Shown here in pieces: positions 25,750-40,169 of a stretch of DNA of 64,000 nt; position 1 is the stretch's first letter, and each line of letters starts with the position of its first letter. Position numbers and translations under genes: made by a program. Under the pieces are notes generated by a model. It did no database searches, had not been told where the DNA came from, and worked only from the letters and a program-made list of their open reading frames with translations. This stretch comes from Epiperipatus broadwayi (Eukaryota; Animalia; Onychophora). Location: assembly GCA_028023455.1 (NCBI GenBank), contig JAQFVV010000003.1, positions 2,728,001 to 2,792,000 on the forward strand. Direction: 5' to 3'.

Positions 25750-27645
25750 TGGAGTTGTTTGCCATTGTCATGTGAACAACTTATTTAAATTTTCTTTTTT
25801 GTACCTTTTCTTTTCTATCCATGGAAAAATGAACAAATGCCAAAAGAAAAAACTTGCACACCTACATGGGCATATCAAAAATCATAATGTACCAAGCAAT
25901 ATCCCAGCTTCATCTGGTAAAATTCTATTCTAAACATCTAATAGAAGCCAAAATTTCTGTTCTTGAAAAAAGATTAAACTTTGTCATAATACTATCTAAT
26001 ATCCCTTTATTACATATAATGGAATCACTGACAAAGTCACTCAAAAATTGTATTAGAAGAAGCAGCAGAACTATGCTGGAGAATAAAAAGAACATTTGAC
26101 AAGCAACAAAAATTGAAGTCAAATATATCCTATGGTGAAAGGAATGCAATTAAATTTCTCTAAGTAGATAAATCTATAATTATTCTCCCTATTAACAAAG
26201 GCACTGCAACAGTTAAAATGAATGCAAGTGATTATGATAATAAAATACAAGAACTCCTCACAACAGGTCAATACAGATAAGTGGCAAAAAATCTGATACT
26301 GAGTGCAGAAACAAAGTTACAAACATTATTCAGAAAGAATCACAGGTACTTCATTAATTCAGAAATGGGTAAACTAACATATTTCAGCAAAAATTCTCAT
26401 CTTTATGGGCTATGTAAAATACATAAGGATCGTGTTTTATTAAGATCTATTGTTCTAGAAATTCACCTTGCCAAAATTTGTCAAGGTTTTTTAAAGTTCT
26501 TAGTTCTTTGGCATACGAGTCCTCGTCTTTTATCAGGGATTCTAGACACTTTGTAAAATTAATCAAAAATATGAAAATTGAAAGAATTGTCTTACTGATA
26601 AGTTTTGATGAGAAAGGTTTATTCACAAATATGCCATGTGAAGTTATTGTAAGGAATAGATTAAATGGTAATAATAGTTTAAAAACCAGAACAACTCTTC
26701 TTATTGATAGTATAATGGTACTGTTAACATTCTGCATAAACACAATTTACTCTCAGTATAACATAGTATTCTTCCACCAAAATCAAGGAATGGATATGGG
26801 CTCACCATTGTCACCCCTAATTAGCAATATTTACATGAAAACTTGAAACCACAGCCATAAAGGTTACTCCATATCCACCTAAAGTTTGGCATCACTATGT
26901 AAATGATACATTTGTTATATGGTCACATGTAGAAGCACTATTACAAACTTTCTGGGAACACATATACAGAAAAATACTTAGCCTTTACACCAAATCACAC
27001 CAGAAACACAAAATATTGGAACAGAGCAAAAGAAGTTTATTCAGAAATCAGCAATTTGAAAAAAGAAATCTATATAAAACAAACTCTTATGAAAAATGAT
27101 TATCCATCAGCTGTTATTAAGAAAACTTTAAATAGACAACAAAAAGAACCATCAAAATTTTAAAAATATTTATTGTTACTGTAGTGTATCCTTACATACC
27201 AAAAATAGCAGACAAATTAAGTAAAATCTGTAATCATTATAGTATTAGAACAGTTTTTCAGAACCATACCATATTATGAGGATTTCTAACATTGACAAAG
27301 CCTAAATTTGAAATACTGAAAAGTGAAAACTACATCTATGAAATACCATGTAAATGTGGAAAAATTTATATTGGTGAGACCAGTCTCCCCATTGAACAGT
27401 GATTGCAAAAACTCAAACTGATGACTAGCAGAGATAAAATAGATGTGTCTACAGTAGCAGACCATGTATGTATCAATGAACATATGTTTAATATGGAAAG
27501 TACAAAAATATTGGGTAGAGAAGAAAAATTACAAAGAAGAAAATTTAAAGCAGTTACTCACATGACAAGGGCAAAAAATTCTATAAGTCAACCTAGTGTG
27601 AATGTACATAATGTATGGAAACCACTAATCAGCTTTGCTCTTTAA
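25750..27645 (+). pseudogene. PLE reverse transcriptase-GIY-YIG endonuclease pseudogene
   Basis: ISVLEKRLNFV; PINKGTATVKMN; LYGLCKIHK; SFDEKGLFTN; QGMDMGSPLSPLISNIYM; HYVNDTF (26893, YVDD-like); IYEIPCKCGKIYIGET (27334). Confidence 0.92.
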
Positions 27646-27970
27646 AAAAGTGGGGAAATCAGGAAGAATCTCATATATAAGTGTTGACAGGATGTCTCAG
27701 GTGGTTAGAGCATTATCTTAAAATTCATTATTGAAGAATCTAAGGATCCAGGTTCTATTCCCATGCTAGTATTGTCACTGGTCAGGTCAATTATATCTGA
27801 AAAAGAGGGAAGAATAATACCTCACAAAACATTTTGCATATACTAACCTGGTGTGCTATTCCTAACAGCTGAATTGTATTTGGAATATTTAAATGAAAGT
27901 TACATTTTTTAAATACATTCAATACTTATATTAAATGATGAAAATAGTCCAATATATAAATACAACATAA
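27589..27970 (+). repeat. 3' pLTR containing a tRNA-like module and a decayed HHR-like motif
   Basis: GGATGTCTCAGGTGGTTAGAGCA (27690-27712) and GGTTCTATTCC (27751-27761), then CTGAAAA-AGAGG..CCTCAC-AAAACATT (27797-27833). Confidence 0.85.
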
Positions 27971-28289
27971 GTATACTTAAAACAAGGTTGTATTTTACAA
28001 AATAATGGTAACCATTAGAAATAATACTCATTCATAATGTTAGGTAAGATCATGGAACACAAGTTATTTCCAGTGAATGAAGTTAGATCACACTATCTTA
28101 CATTTAAAAAAATTAACACATTATACAATAATAGTTTGATAACAAATATAATTATTGTTATACAATTTATTTTCTTCAAATCCCCTTTAATCTATATACA
28201 TTACTGTCTTATTTGATACATGCAGAAAGAATTATTACACATAAACGTCCAAAGTTATTATCAAGTTTAATGTTAATCTTCATTTACAT

Positions 28290-28800
28290 TATGTTGTTAC
28301 AGTTATAAATAATAAAGTACATTTTCTATATGGAAAACACCAACTTCAGCAGACCTTAAACACAACTCTACACACATATGAACCTATAAATATAAAACAT
28401 TTCTTTGACTTAAATATTTCCAGTATCAACAGACATATTCTATATGAGATAGATATCAATGCTATCTTCATATAAGAATAACTATAATGAGTGGTCTTTT
28501 CAAACCTGGTCTAATCAATAAAACATCTTTATATAACAATAACTATGAGAATGCCCTTTTGATGCCTCATTCCAAGACAGATCTCTAATTTATTAAAACT
28601 AGATATGAATGTATTCTCCCAAATAGATGTAAACTATGTAACAGTGAACAAACAACTGCAGATATATAATATAAATTTACTTGTATAAAATTTAATTAGT
28701 AATCAAATGTAGGATTATGTATAAATGAATGGCCTAATGGATATAATTACATCATTAAATATGATTATTTAAGACTTGGACAATTTATGTGCAAACAGCG
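28290..28800 (+). mobile_element. Possible decayed 3' part of an L1/Tx1-like ORF2
   Basis: ILPNRCKLCNSEQTTADI..C at about 28612-28690 resembles the C-terminal zinc knuckle of L1-type ORF2. The rest is uninformative. Confidence 0.3.
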
Positions 28801-29862
28801 CACTTTACATTTTATCATCATTTCTTACACTTTCCTTTTAATTAAACTAATAATTTATATAATTTAACATATATAATAACAGCATGAAAATTTTTGTTTC
28901 TTTCTTGATAATTTCTATACATAACATCTGGTTTACATATACTAAATATAAACTCAAAATAATTATGATAAAGTTCAAACAATCTTTTAAATACAAAATT
29001 TATAAAACAAAATAGCTATCATTTATTTTTTTCCTTTCTAATAAATATTAAATAGTTTATATGGAATTATATTATGCTTTCACATATTCCATATCTGTTA
29101 TCTGAAATGAGTATTGTTCTGCATTTTTACAGAAGTTATTTGAAGTAGCCCAAGTATTCCAGGTTAGATATAGTGTTTCTTTTATTTGTATTCACTAAAC
29201 ACAATGAAAGTTTGATAGATCTAAATGAAGAAAAAATATAATCTGATTAATTAAAAACAACTTGTTTCAGTTCTTTTTTTTTCTCTCACAACAAATTTAC
29301 ATGTCACTTTGATTAGAAGAAAAAAAACTTTTTTTATTGGAATGAACAATAAATTGGTCATTTCAAATTCTCAAACTTGAAAACAAAAAAAAATGATTGT
29401 ACTTATTTAAAGTTTGTTTCATATCCACTGGGCATTTTATAAATTGTTTATCTATATATTGGTCAATATATTATATTTTATCTGGAGGATCTTTCTTTTG
29501 TAGTGACTGAAAAGCAGGACTATTCCTTATCAGAGAGCTTCTTATTACTTTTTTCCTAGGTGACATATAATAGATATATACAGATGTTTGGCAAAACCTC
29601 CTCTAATTGGGTTAACTAAAATTTTTAGTACAATGATTCACAATGATTCTTTTCACCTGGATGAGACATTTCTTAGTCTATGGTTTTTAGTAAATCTGCC
29701 ATACTTTCTATAGCTGATCTATTATTTGCAAATAAGATGAAGCAAATAAGCCAAACTGTGGAAAATAATCAAAACGGATGGCACAAATGATTTGAAACTA
29801 TGGAAGATTATCAAAAATGTATGGAACATTACAAAAGCATATGGAATTGAGATTGATGGAAC

Positions 29863-30074
29863 AAATGAACTGAACTATATAAGGTAATAAAAAATGATGG
29901 TATGCATTCAAAAACAAATGGAATCAAAACTAGACCAAAAATTTGAGATAAATAAGCATAAGATAAATGAACTGAACTATATAAGGTAATAAAAAATGAT
30001 GGTATGCATTCAAAAACAAATGGAATCAAAATTAGACCAAAAATTTGAGATAAATAAGCATAAGATAAATGAAC
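29863..30074. repeat. Young 102-bp tandem duplication (2 copies plus 8 bp)
   Basis: Units start at 29863, 29965 and 30067; I saw one substitution (aaaactagacc/aaaattagacc). Confidence 0.95.
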
Positions 30075-31234
30075 AAATCAAGCAAATTACATGAACTATA
30101 GAAGAAATCATGTTTATTCAAGAAATGAAATAAAAAAATTGAGAAAAATTTAAAAAATAAATATGATCCAGAAAACAACTTGAAAAAACTTAACACATTA
30201 TGGCAACAAACCTCCAGGAGTTTAAAATTGAGATGAACAAATCACAAGAAATTTAAAATATACAAATAAAGCAAATGATGTTCTACTATGTAAGTCAGCA
30301 AAAGATGGAACTGGATGCTACATTAAAATTATATAAACCATGTAACGTAAGACAATTTAGATACACAAATTATAAAAATTAAGGTTGACATGATAGGCGA
30401 TTTCCTAAACAGAACTGAAAAATTAGAAGAGCAAATGTCAGCACTTGCTATACATTATGCAAGAAAGGGACCAAATAAGGTTGTGCAGATAGATCAAATT
30501 ATATTCTAAAAAGGAATAATATACCAACTAACTTGAATAATTCTGTTTCCAAGCTAGTAAGAATAAAGAAACCAAAATAACAAGAAAATGTATTTACATT
30601 TCATATAACAATATATAAAAAGAAAATACAAGTTTTAGAGAAAATTGTAAATAAGTAAGTGAGAATAAAAACTGCAGTTTTTTGTTTTTTTTTAAAGTTA
30701 CTTTGCTGGTGTAATCATAAATTAAGCATCTCAATAAAAAAGTCTTAAAGATCTGTGCACAACGAACACATGTTACCCATGTTGATTTAAAGCATATTCA
30801 ATTTTTTTCTGATATGCATGGAAGTTATTTTATAAACGTTTCTGTTTGCTATTAAAGTCAGTTTTTATTTTCTGATCATTTTTTTCATTTGTTTTTAAAA
30901 ATAATCATACATCGGATATGATAAAGCTCAATCACGATCCATAAACTTTGAACTCCAGAATCTGCCACTTTACTAAACTATACCAGGAACTTTTTTTAAT
31001 TGATTGTAATTTATTTAAATATGTATTACAAGTCATAGATGTAAAGAAGTAAAATATATCTTTTTTTCCTTTAAGTAAACACAGCTTACACGTTATTTTT
31101 CACTGACAAATTCTTTCATCTTAATTAAAATCTCCTAAGATATAATGATAACCCATCTACTTACTTTACTTATGACCTTGGATTTGAGTTTGTAGTAGAT
31201 GAATCTTAAATTTTTATTCAAATCATAGACACAC

Positions 31235-31408
31235 CTAAAGAAGAGGGGAGAATAATACCTCTCGAAAAGTTGTGCATATACTAATCTGTTTGATGTGCTA
31301 TTACTAACAGATGAATGTATTTGGAATATTTAAATAAAGTTAAATTTTTCTAAAAACATTTAATACTTATATTAGATGATGAAAATAGTCCAATATAAAA
31401 ATACAACA
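31235..31408 (+). repeat. Solo fragment of the PLE pLTR beginning at its HHR-like motif
   Basis: ctaaagaAGAGGggagaataataCCTCTcgaaaagttgtgc...gaaaatagtccaatataaaaatacaac matches 27797-27967. Confidence 0.85.
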
Positions 31409-32019
31409 CTTAATATATTTTTATTCACCCATGCATAATCAAATCAGATAGCCATCCCATATTGGTCAGTCAATGGGTATCTAGCTATTTTTAACAAGAC
31501 AATATAAAAACATTCTAAAAAAGTGCAATGTTGATTGTTTCCATTGGGAGTATATGGGAGAGAATAGAATATATTCATGAGTTACAATTGGATATGCATT
31601 GTAGTATTTCAGAAAGAAAGATTTTCTGCTGAGGAAATTAGAAGACAGCATCACAAAATGTCAAGTAAACAGAAAAATGAATTAGCATATTTTATACATA
31701 GACATATTTATGGTTCACATATTGTATAATCATTGCAAAACTTATTTCTGGAATAGTTTTTTTCTTTTCCCCTCAGAATTGGAATAGCTATGTTATGCAT
31801 ATATATGTAATGATTCTATATTAATTTGGATTGGTCACTATTAATATCCATATACTGACTATAAAAATATCATTGTAATACAACATATCGTTCATCATTG
31901 ATGGATGAGATAAAATATTTTTATAAACAGTGAACCCATGGTTACTTTATATGTTCCAAGTAAATTATAATGCAAATCCAGATTATTCAAACCTGATGTA
32001 AAATTTAAATAAAGAGACC

Positions 32020-32170
32020 TATTTATAAAAATTAAAAATACAATTATTCAAAGCATGTTGTTTTCCATGATGCTCTATGGATGAAAAGCCTAGGCACCAA
32101 GAAATTAAAGTAGAAAAATAATGATGTTTTTGAACTGTAATGCTTATATAAATTATGAGTATACCAATGG
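32020..32170 (+). mobile_element. RTE (BovB-like) RT C-terminal fragment
   Basis: KLKIQLFKAC..MMLYG*KA*...VFEL*CL..IP(W), with frameshifts. Confidence 0.5.
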
Positions 32171-34819
32171 TAATGAATACTAGTAGCTAGTCACTAATGA
32201 CAAGATTCAAATATATATTCATCATTTTCATTATGTTATGAAAATGTAATTTGATTAAAAAGTGTATGACATTCAAAAGTTTTTTTTAAAAAAGGGAATA
32301 ATGTCCAATGAAATAAATGAGTTACATTATGAGCTTAAAAGATAATGATTTTTAGAGAAAGCTTATCTTATTTTTAATGTTTAAACATCACATGATCTCT
32401 TGAACAATTAATCATTGTTTTTATTAAACCACCCATCTTTATTTCTGATTATCTTCTTTCTTCATCAACATTTTTTAAACATTTCATATCTAGTAGATTA
32501 CAGTGCCTTAAAATATGATCAAAATAAACAATTTTAATCTGGCAATTGTGTTACAGCACATCTGAACAGTTATTCATTCTTGATATCCATAGTACTTTGA
32601 AAAGTCTTCACCAACATCGTAATTCAAAAGCATTTGTGATTATATTTATGACGTACTTGTCACTTACATACATATATACAAATAATAAGTGTATAAATAG
32701 TGTGTCTGTGATGTATATAGATATATATGGGAGTGTGCTTGTGTGATGTTATCATATATTTGAAATTGTATAAAACATATATGTGTATTTACATAAGTAT
32801 GTGAATAATGTATAAATACTTAATTATGGGTATGAATTACAAATAACTATTTATGATTTAAAATGATTAATCATGCATGCTTACTTTTACATATGAAGAT
32901 ATGAAATATGACATACTAGGTTAGATATATATTAAATGGATTCATGTTATATATGCAAGTAGGGTATTATATATATATGTGTATGTATCTAGAGTATTAT
33001 ATATGTATGTTATACTCATTTGTATATATATATATATCTTCATGAATATGCGAAGTATATGCACATAGTTATATATGCAATACTTTGCCCCATATATAAT
33101 ATGTTCATGTATATATAGGTATCTATAAGTACAAGAGATCTTATAATAAGAATAAAAATTATTTTGTGACCTTTAAAGTTAAAAAAAAGAGGATTATTAC
33201 TTTTTTATTTATAATAAAACTTATATAAAAAAAGAAACTTGGATAATTATGAAAAAAGATGAGAAAAAATTAACTTTTGCAGTACTAATTTAAAAAATAT
33301 TGGTAAAGAGAAATTAGAACATCATCAATGTTGAAGAGTTGAAAGAGTAAATGAAAGAGATTATTGGAAAGCAAATATATATATATAAACTTAAGTATAA
33401 ATATAATGTCAGAATACATTAAAGAGTCAAACTATTGTTCTAAAGAAAATTAGATGATTAAAAAAAGAAAAAAGATTCTCTTTAATGTACTCTGTCTTGA
33501 TAAGTATATTATTTGTATCTACTTTTTAATTGTATATATATATATACACATATGAAAACATCTTTTGTTTTACATGTAACTGAACCACATATTTTACTTT
33601 CTACATAAAGCTGATTTTAACAAATCTAACGACTGGATTACAATTTTTTTAAAAAAGGTCTTAATTCAAAGTAAAGATCTTATGTTGCTAAAATATTAAT
33701 ATCTGATAAATGGCATTGCTTAATCCCATGATTGATGGTATTAGAATGGGGGGGGGGGGGATCTTCAGTCTTTTCAATTCATTTTAAAGTATTATCATTT
33801 ACAATTTCAAAAATTATACAAATTTCGGAGTTTGTATTTTTTATATTGAAAAAAATTTTTAATGCACATAAAAATAATTCTGTTAATGCATATTTAATAA
33901 TTGTGGCGTAGAGAGAAGAAATTACCTTCAATAACTTTTTCCGCCATAATTTCTTTGAATCGTTAATATATAGGTATGAATCATTAATATATAGGTATAC
34001 GCTTTGCATATAATACACATACATTAAGCATATATTCGTAAGAATCCTCAAACATAAATTTCATCTATGAATATTTAACCTGCAATAAACTTTTAAAACA
34101 TTTATTAGAGTATATTTATGTATTTATGACTCATTTCATGAAATTTCAGGTGTTTATTCTTTTTACTATTCAGGAAAATGTATAAAGCTGTGTATTCATA
34201 TATATATATATATTTTTTTTATAGATTATATATATATATTATGTTAAAATAAATATTTTACATTGGTTACAGATATTTTAAATATTATCCGCGTATATAA
34301 TTATATACGGACAAATCCGGATAATGTCATTTATGTATATTACAAGAACTTATATATATATATATATATATATATCATTAAACATCAGTCAACACTTAGA
34401 CAATCCTAATATCAATAACAATCCAGAATTTCAAACTGTTGTCAAGGTAACTTCCATTTAACAATATATATATATATACATGAATAAATATTAAGATATG
34501 TCGGGGGTGATTGAGTACTTATATATATATATATATATATATATGTAACATATAGTTTTGAATATATATAATATACAAGTTTATTTGCATCCATACATGA
34601 TTATATTTCTTTGTGTTGACATAGGTGTATGTTTATAGTACTTCTGTGATAGACATATATAAATGCATTATGAACTCATATACAAGTACATAAATGTTTG
34701 TATACATTTAGATATTTATTAATATCATAAAATATATATTTATATGATTAAGTTTGTATGTATGGTAATATATTAATGTTATTTTATTTACACCCTCTAT
34801 AGAAATTTATAATCTTACA

Positions 34820-35324
34820 TATAATTATAGGAGTTTTGAATATACACTTTTAAGCTCTTTCAGCTATTCACTCTATCTCTTGCAACTGATACACATGATC
34901 ACATAGATACGAAAAAAATAAATGATCTTCAATATATGTATTTTGTGCTGAATCAGCCCTCGCCAGTTGGTTCAGATTATCAGCTCCCACAAATATATAT
35001 AATCAGTACTTGGTTTATATTAAGATAGCAAATCTTCAAATATTAATGGATAGACTTCAGTCTACTCCACCTCCCAACTCTTCAGCTACCCGTATCATTG
35101 AAAATCTGATGTAGAAATGCCCAAATCCCTTGTTAATGCCAATATTTTCAATGGTATGAGTAGCTGAAGAGTTAGAGGGTGAAGTAAATTGAGGTCTGTC
35201 CATTAATGTTTGAAGATTTTTCTATCTTAATATAAACCGAGTACTGATTCTATATATATATATATGGGAGATGATGATCTGGATTAACTGATAAGTACTG
35301 GTTTAACATGAAATATATATATTG
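34820..35324. mobile_element. Fold-back dimer of HHR repeat family 2
   Basis: Left arm 34820-35110 is a full unit on minus and right arm 35141-35324 is on plus. HHR-like cores: CTGGCGA..AAAA (34941-34966, minus) and CTGATAA..GAAA (35288-35313, plus). Confidence 0.88.
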
Positions 35325-38300
35325 TGCTCTTTTCTATAGGTCGGTAATAATTCATAACAGTCAATTACTAAAAAATTTTAAATTTAGAATATGTTCTTTT
35401 AATATGGTAATTGTATTAAGTCAATTATATCTTTAAAGTACAATTTAAAGCTAAAGAAAAATACGTGGTATATAAAATTATAGCGAATTATTTAAAAAGT
35501 AGTTAAGTAAAGTTCCAAATATTGTTTCATATGGTTGTAAAAGCTGGCCATATTAAATAACACAGCTATAAAAATTAAAAGTATATTTAATAAATTCGAT
35601 TTTAATAGTTTAAAACTGATAAGTTAATAAATACAGTGTTTAAATTTATAATCATATGTAATAGTCAAAATTAATATAATATATTTTAAAAATAAACTTT
35701 ATGATGGTGAGAATTGTATTTAATTCTATATTTTTAAAATTATTCTTCCAAATTTTTTATAATTATTTTATATAATATAATAAGTGTATCAATTTTATAA
35801 AACTGGGCAGAGAAATAGATTAAAAATTGTCTGTCAAAGTTATTAATCATGTGACTTGTATATTACATACATTCTCACACATGCTTGTTTGAGTTAATAA
35901 TAAAGTTTAAAATATTTTGAAATTGCAGTATAGAATTGGATGGAATTGTTGCCTATCATAAAAGTAAATAGTATTAAACATTAAGTTAACTATCGTATAA
36001 CATGCTTAAATGATGTAATAAAGATGAATACATTCATAATATAAAAATTAAATATTTTATTTAAATAAAAATAGATAAATTGAATATTAAGAAATGGAAT
36101 AAGTTGTTAAATGTTATTTTAAAAGTTATTTTAAATGTTTAAATAGTTTTAATAAAATAATAATTTATTCAAAAGTAATATTTTAAATAATATTTTAAGT
36201 TCATTACGTCATAATTTCTAATTTTGAAATTTAATTCTACTATAAACTAAAAAATATGTAAATTTGTTCTCAAGCTAAAGTAAGAATTAACCAATAGGAA
36301 TAGGTATTTTTACAGACTATAAATATGAATTGCACAGGGGTATAAGGGGAGATTAATAATGTATTGAAACTGGAGAAAGGTAAATTATAACTATCAAAAA
36401 GATAGTATTTTTAAAATTTTTATTTTAGTCAATTTTTTTTTAGTACCTTCTTATCGTTTTATTTGCAAAAAGTTAATTGATAATTTTTAAAAGTATTTTT
36501 GCAAAAGAGGGTGTTAAAATATAATAATTTAGAAACTTTGTGGAAATGATTTTCTAATTTTTAAAGTACTTACCAGTCGTATTTTATCTAAAAGTTTAAC
36601 CTAAACTTCGCAATAAAAATGGATATACTATGAAATAAAATGGATATAAGTTGTAATGCTAAAAAAATGTTTGGAATATTTATTGATACAGCTTTATTAA
36701 TATTTCACCGAAGAACTGTTTTGCTACATAAAAAACCACAGCTCGGACATCATATGGAGTCTAATGAAAAAATTGGAGACGCATTATTATTTATAAGCCT
36801 ATCCAAGATTTATTTTTTAAATAGTAATAAGACAATTGTATATTGCATGAATTATTTTATATAATATTATATCAAAAGGAGTAAAATGTTATATCCTTTC
36901 TGAAGGTAACATTTTTTTTTTTTTTTAAAAAGAGATTTATAAAAATACCAAACGAAAGTTTAAATGTATTAAGAAGGAAACTTATATAAAAAAGTGAACA
37001 TATAGTTGAATAAAAGATGGATCCATAAAAATACAAATAGTACTTAAAAGTTTATCGGATAACTAAAGCTAAATTAGATGGAATATGCATGGATATGCCA
37101 GCAGAGAAAATATTGAAAAAAAAACTTTACGGGATTAATTAATATTATGATTTAATAATTATCGTCCTAAATACTAAAACCAAGGATTATTTTCTATAAA
37201 TTTTACTAAATGGATTAATAATTATTTTTATTTTAAACTTTAACATGCTAGGAGGAGAACATTTTTAAAAAACTCTAGAGAAAATAATAAACATTTTGGA
37301 CTTATCAAGAAGTATCGTCAAGAAAATATGTAATTATAGTTTTGATTCCTTTTAATTTTATTAACCTAGTTTAAATCTAAATTTTTTTTTATAAGATTAG
37401 GAAAACATAAAAACATTAATTTATTAATATTAAAATTTTATAATATAACAATCTAATAATTTAGCTAAAAATATTTTAAGATAAAGTGTATGGGTGTGAA
37501 TTTTTATATCTGCAATGCTCAAATGGATGAAGGAAGCCTACTGAACATGATGATGAGATAAAGTTATTTGGTAATAATAATAACTATTAATAATTTTATA
37601 ATGTATATTTTTTTTGTTTTATTTAGATCATCCATAAATTGGAAGAATGAAGTGTAAAAGTTTTTTAATTATATGTAACGCATTTTCATACAACATTTTA
37701 AAAAAACATTATGAGATAGGATTGATTTGAAGATATGCATACGACAATTTTTTTATATTAGTGATATAATCCAACATAACAAATAGTTATGTGATTCTTT
37801 TAAAACTTTCATGTTAGGATATTCAAATATTATCTAAGTAGATTGTATATGATTAAACATACAGAGTAATGAAGTAAGCAACTCTTCTTATGGAATCGCA
37901 AGATTGTTTTAAATTATCAATGAATTTTATTTATTGTTTTTGTAAAAGCAGATAGTTACTTTATCAATGTAAGATGTAGAAAAATCTTGAGAAATAATGT
38001 TGAGATAGTGGCTTGGAAGTACTATAATTAGCAGGAAACCAAGAGGATGTTTTTTTAAAAAATAGGATATGATAAGGAATAGAAATAATATTTAGTCTTT
38101 ATGTGAATATCAGCATAGTTAACAAAGCCCTATGACTGATACACATTTTATTTGGACAGTGTTTATATTTCTTTAAATATTTGATGTTCTAATAAAGCTG
38201 AAGAAATAGCTTTAACATCGTCCCTGTACTAGAGGATATTAGGCAGGTAAATGTCATACCTCTTTGCACTGTACCATGATTTTGAGATATGTTAAGAGTA

Positions 38301-40169
38301 ATACTCTAGCTTTCTTCCTTAATCCTATGCATCTGTTTTCGCTATCTTTATTTCATGTAACTGCATCGTTCAGTAAGATATGTTTAAGAGAAATGATAAA
38401 TAATTTAGAACTTAGGTTATGCTATCATTTTGTATAAGATTGGTTTATTTGCTTAGAAGGAATAGGACGTTATAACTTAAAATTGAAGATCCAAAATATC
38501 CTAAGGAAAGAAAAGAATCATAGAATATATTTTGAATTTTATTTCGGAAATGAAATATAAATTTTTTTAAAATAAAGTATCTAAACAAAGATATTTTCTT
38601 TAAAGTGATAATAATTTTAAATGCTTTAGTATTATTATTTTTAAGAGAAAAATAAGTATTGCATATTTTTAAAATACAATAGTACAAAGTAAATTATGTA
38701 AACAATATGCATAGTATATTTTTTGTTTATTGATTAACAGAAATATATTAATGATTATACTTATATCATACTAAAGTAAGGCTTAAATAAGAATATATTA
38801 TGATTAGTAAACATTGTGTGATAAATACTAAAATCTAGTACTGAATTTTGGATAATATTTTGTGTAACATCTTTGACTTTGCAAGATGAAATTTTTTTAA
38901 TATTTTGAGAAATCCATACTCATTATAAAATTTTGTTTTCTATAGAATGTTTTCTAGGTATGAATTTTTTTTAAATAAGATAGTTTAGCAATATTAAGGA
39001 TAAAATGCTGTTGCTAATAAAGTAGATAAATATATTTGTAATAAGTTAACCATAATGAGAAACCAAATAGTAACATTTTTTTTTTAATTTTGTCCTAAAT
39101 CTAAATAAAGATATAATTGAAATATAAATTATTTTTTTTATATAACCCGGTAGATCAAACTGTAAAGTAAAAAGTTAAGGATATCCACTGTAAATAGTGT
39201 AAATAAATTGTTTATTTATTTGTTATTAGTAATAAACTTTGTTAAATTTTGTTATTTCAAAAATTTTGTGTCCGAGTTATTTATTTCTCCACATCGCTGC
39301 ATGAAATCATGATATATGCATAATAATCGAAACAAATATATAATTTTGCACAAAAAGATAAATAGAGAATTATTTAAGAATTTTAAATATTTTATTGATA
39401 TTCATTATAATTAAATAATCATAATTTTACATTATTTTATTGGTCATAAATCAGTTATCACAATAGTATACTGAATTATATACTATCAGTTGCCACACAT
39501 CCTTTGTTTATCAGATTATCATATGCTACCACATATTTATTATATTATTACATGAAGGTAAAAGATTATATAAAATTATTTTATTATTTTATTATGGTAA
39601 TAAAAATATAACGAAAAGAAAAGATATCCAGTAGTAATTAAACAATGAAGAATATTATTATTATTATTTATTATTATTAGTTTAAGTGTAGTAGATTATG
39701 ACATAAAATCCCTTCTCATATTTTACTACCGTATTTTTAAATTAATTTAGAATAAACTTTATGAACCTGAGATTATTTTATTGAGATAGATTATTGCAAA
39801 TAGAAGATTAAGACTTAATTATTAGTTTAATCTTAGTGAGTAGAAGTTATTAAAGTCGTAAGAATACTATGAGTTTGTTATTTGAAATAGTAATAAAGGG
39901 GGGATAGTGTTCTTATGCCATTGAGGTACTATCCTGTGGGATATTGGCTCAATGTAATCTATCTTGTCACCTGTATTTTCACTTCAAGTCTCATGAAAAT
40001 ATTAAATATTTATTTAAATTATTTTTATAAACTGAACCTTATTCGTATTTTAAATTTGAGCTAGTGAAATATTTTAATTTTAATGCTGAATATTTTAGTT
40101 ATTAATTATTAACTGAGATAGAACCCGTTTTATTTTATATCATATATTATCTGGAAGTGAAGATGCACG

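Larger units (their letters stand above)
25333..27970 (+). mobile_element. Penelope-like element (PLE) with inverted pseudo-LTR arrangement
   Basis: RT + GIY-YIG remnants are flanked by an about 390-410 bp inverted repeat (25333-25744 vs 27589-27970) that includes the ORF 3' end. Confidence 0.92.

Noticed and set aside
30915-30990. Old tRNA-like SINE fragments (also about 52410-52465, 56920-56975, 57165-57225)
   Set aside because: Similarity is short and degenerate; it could not be supported without alignment.
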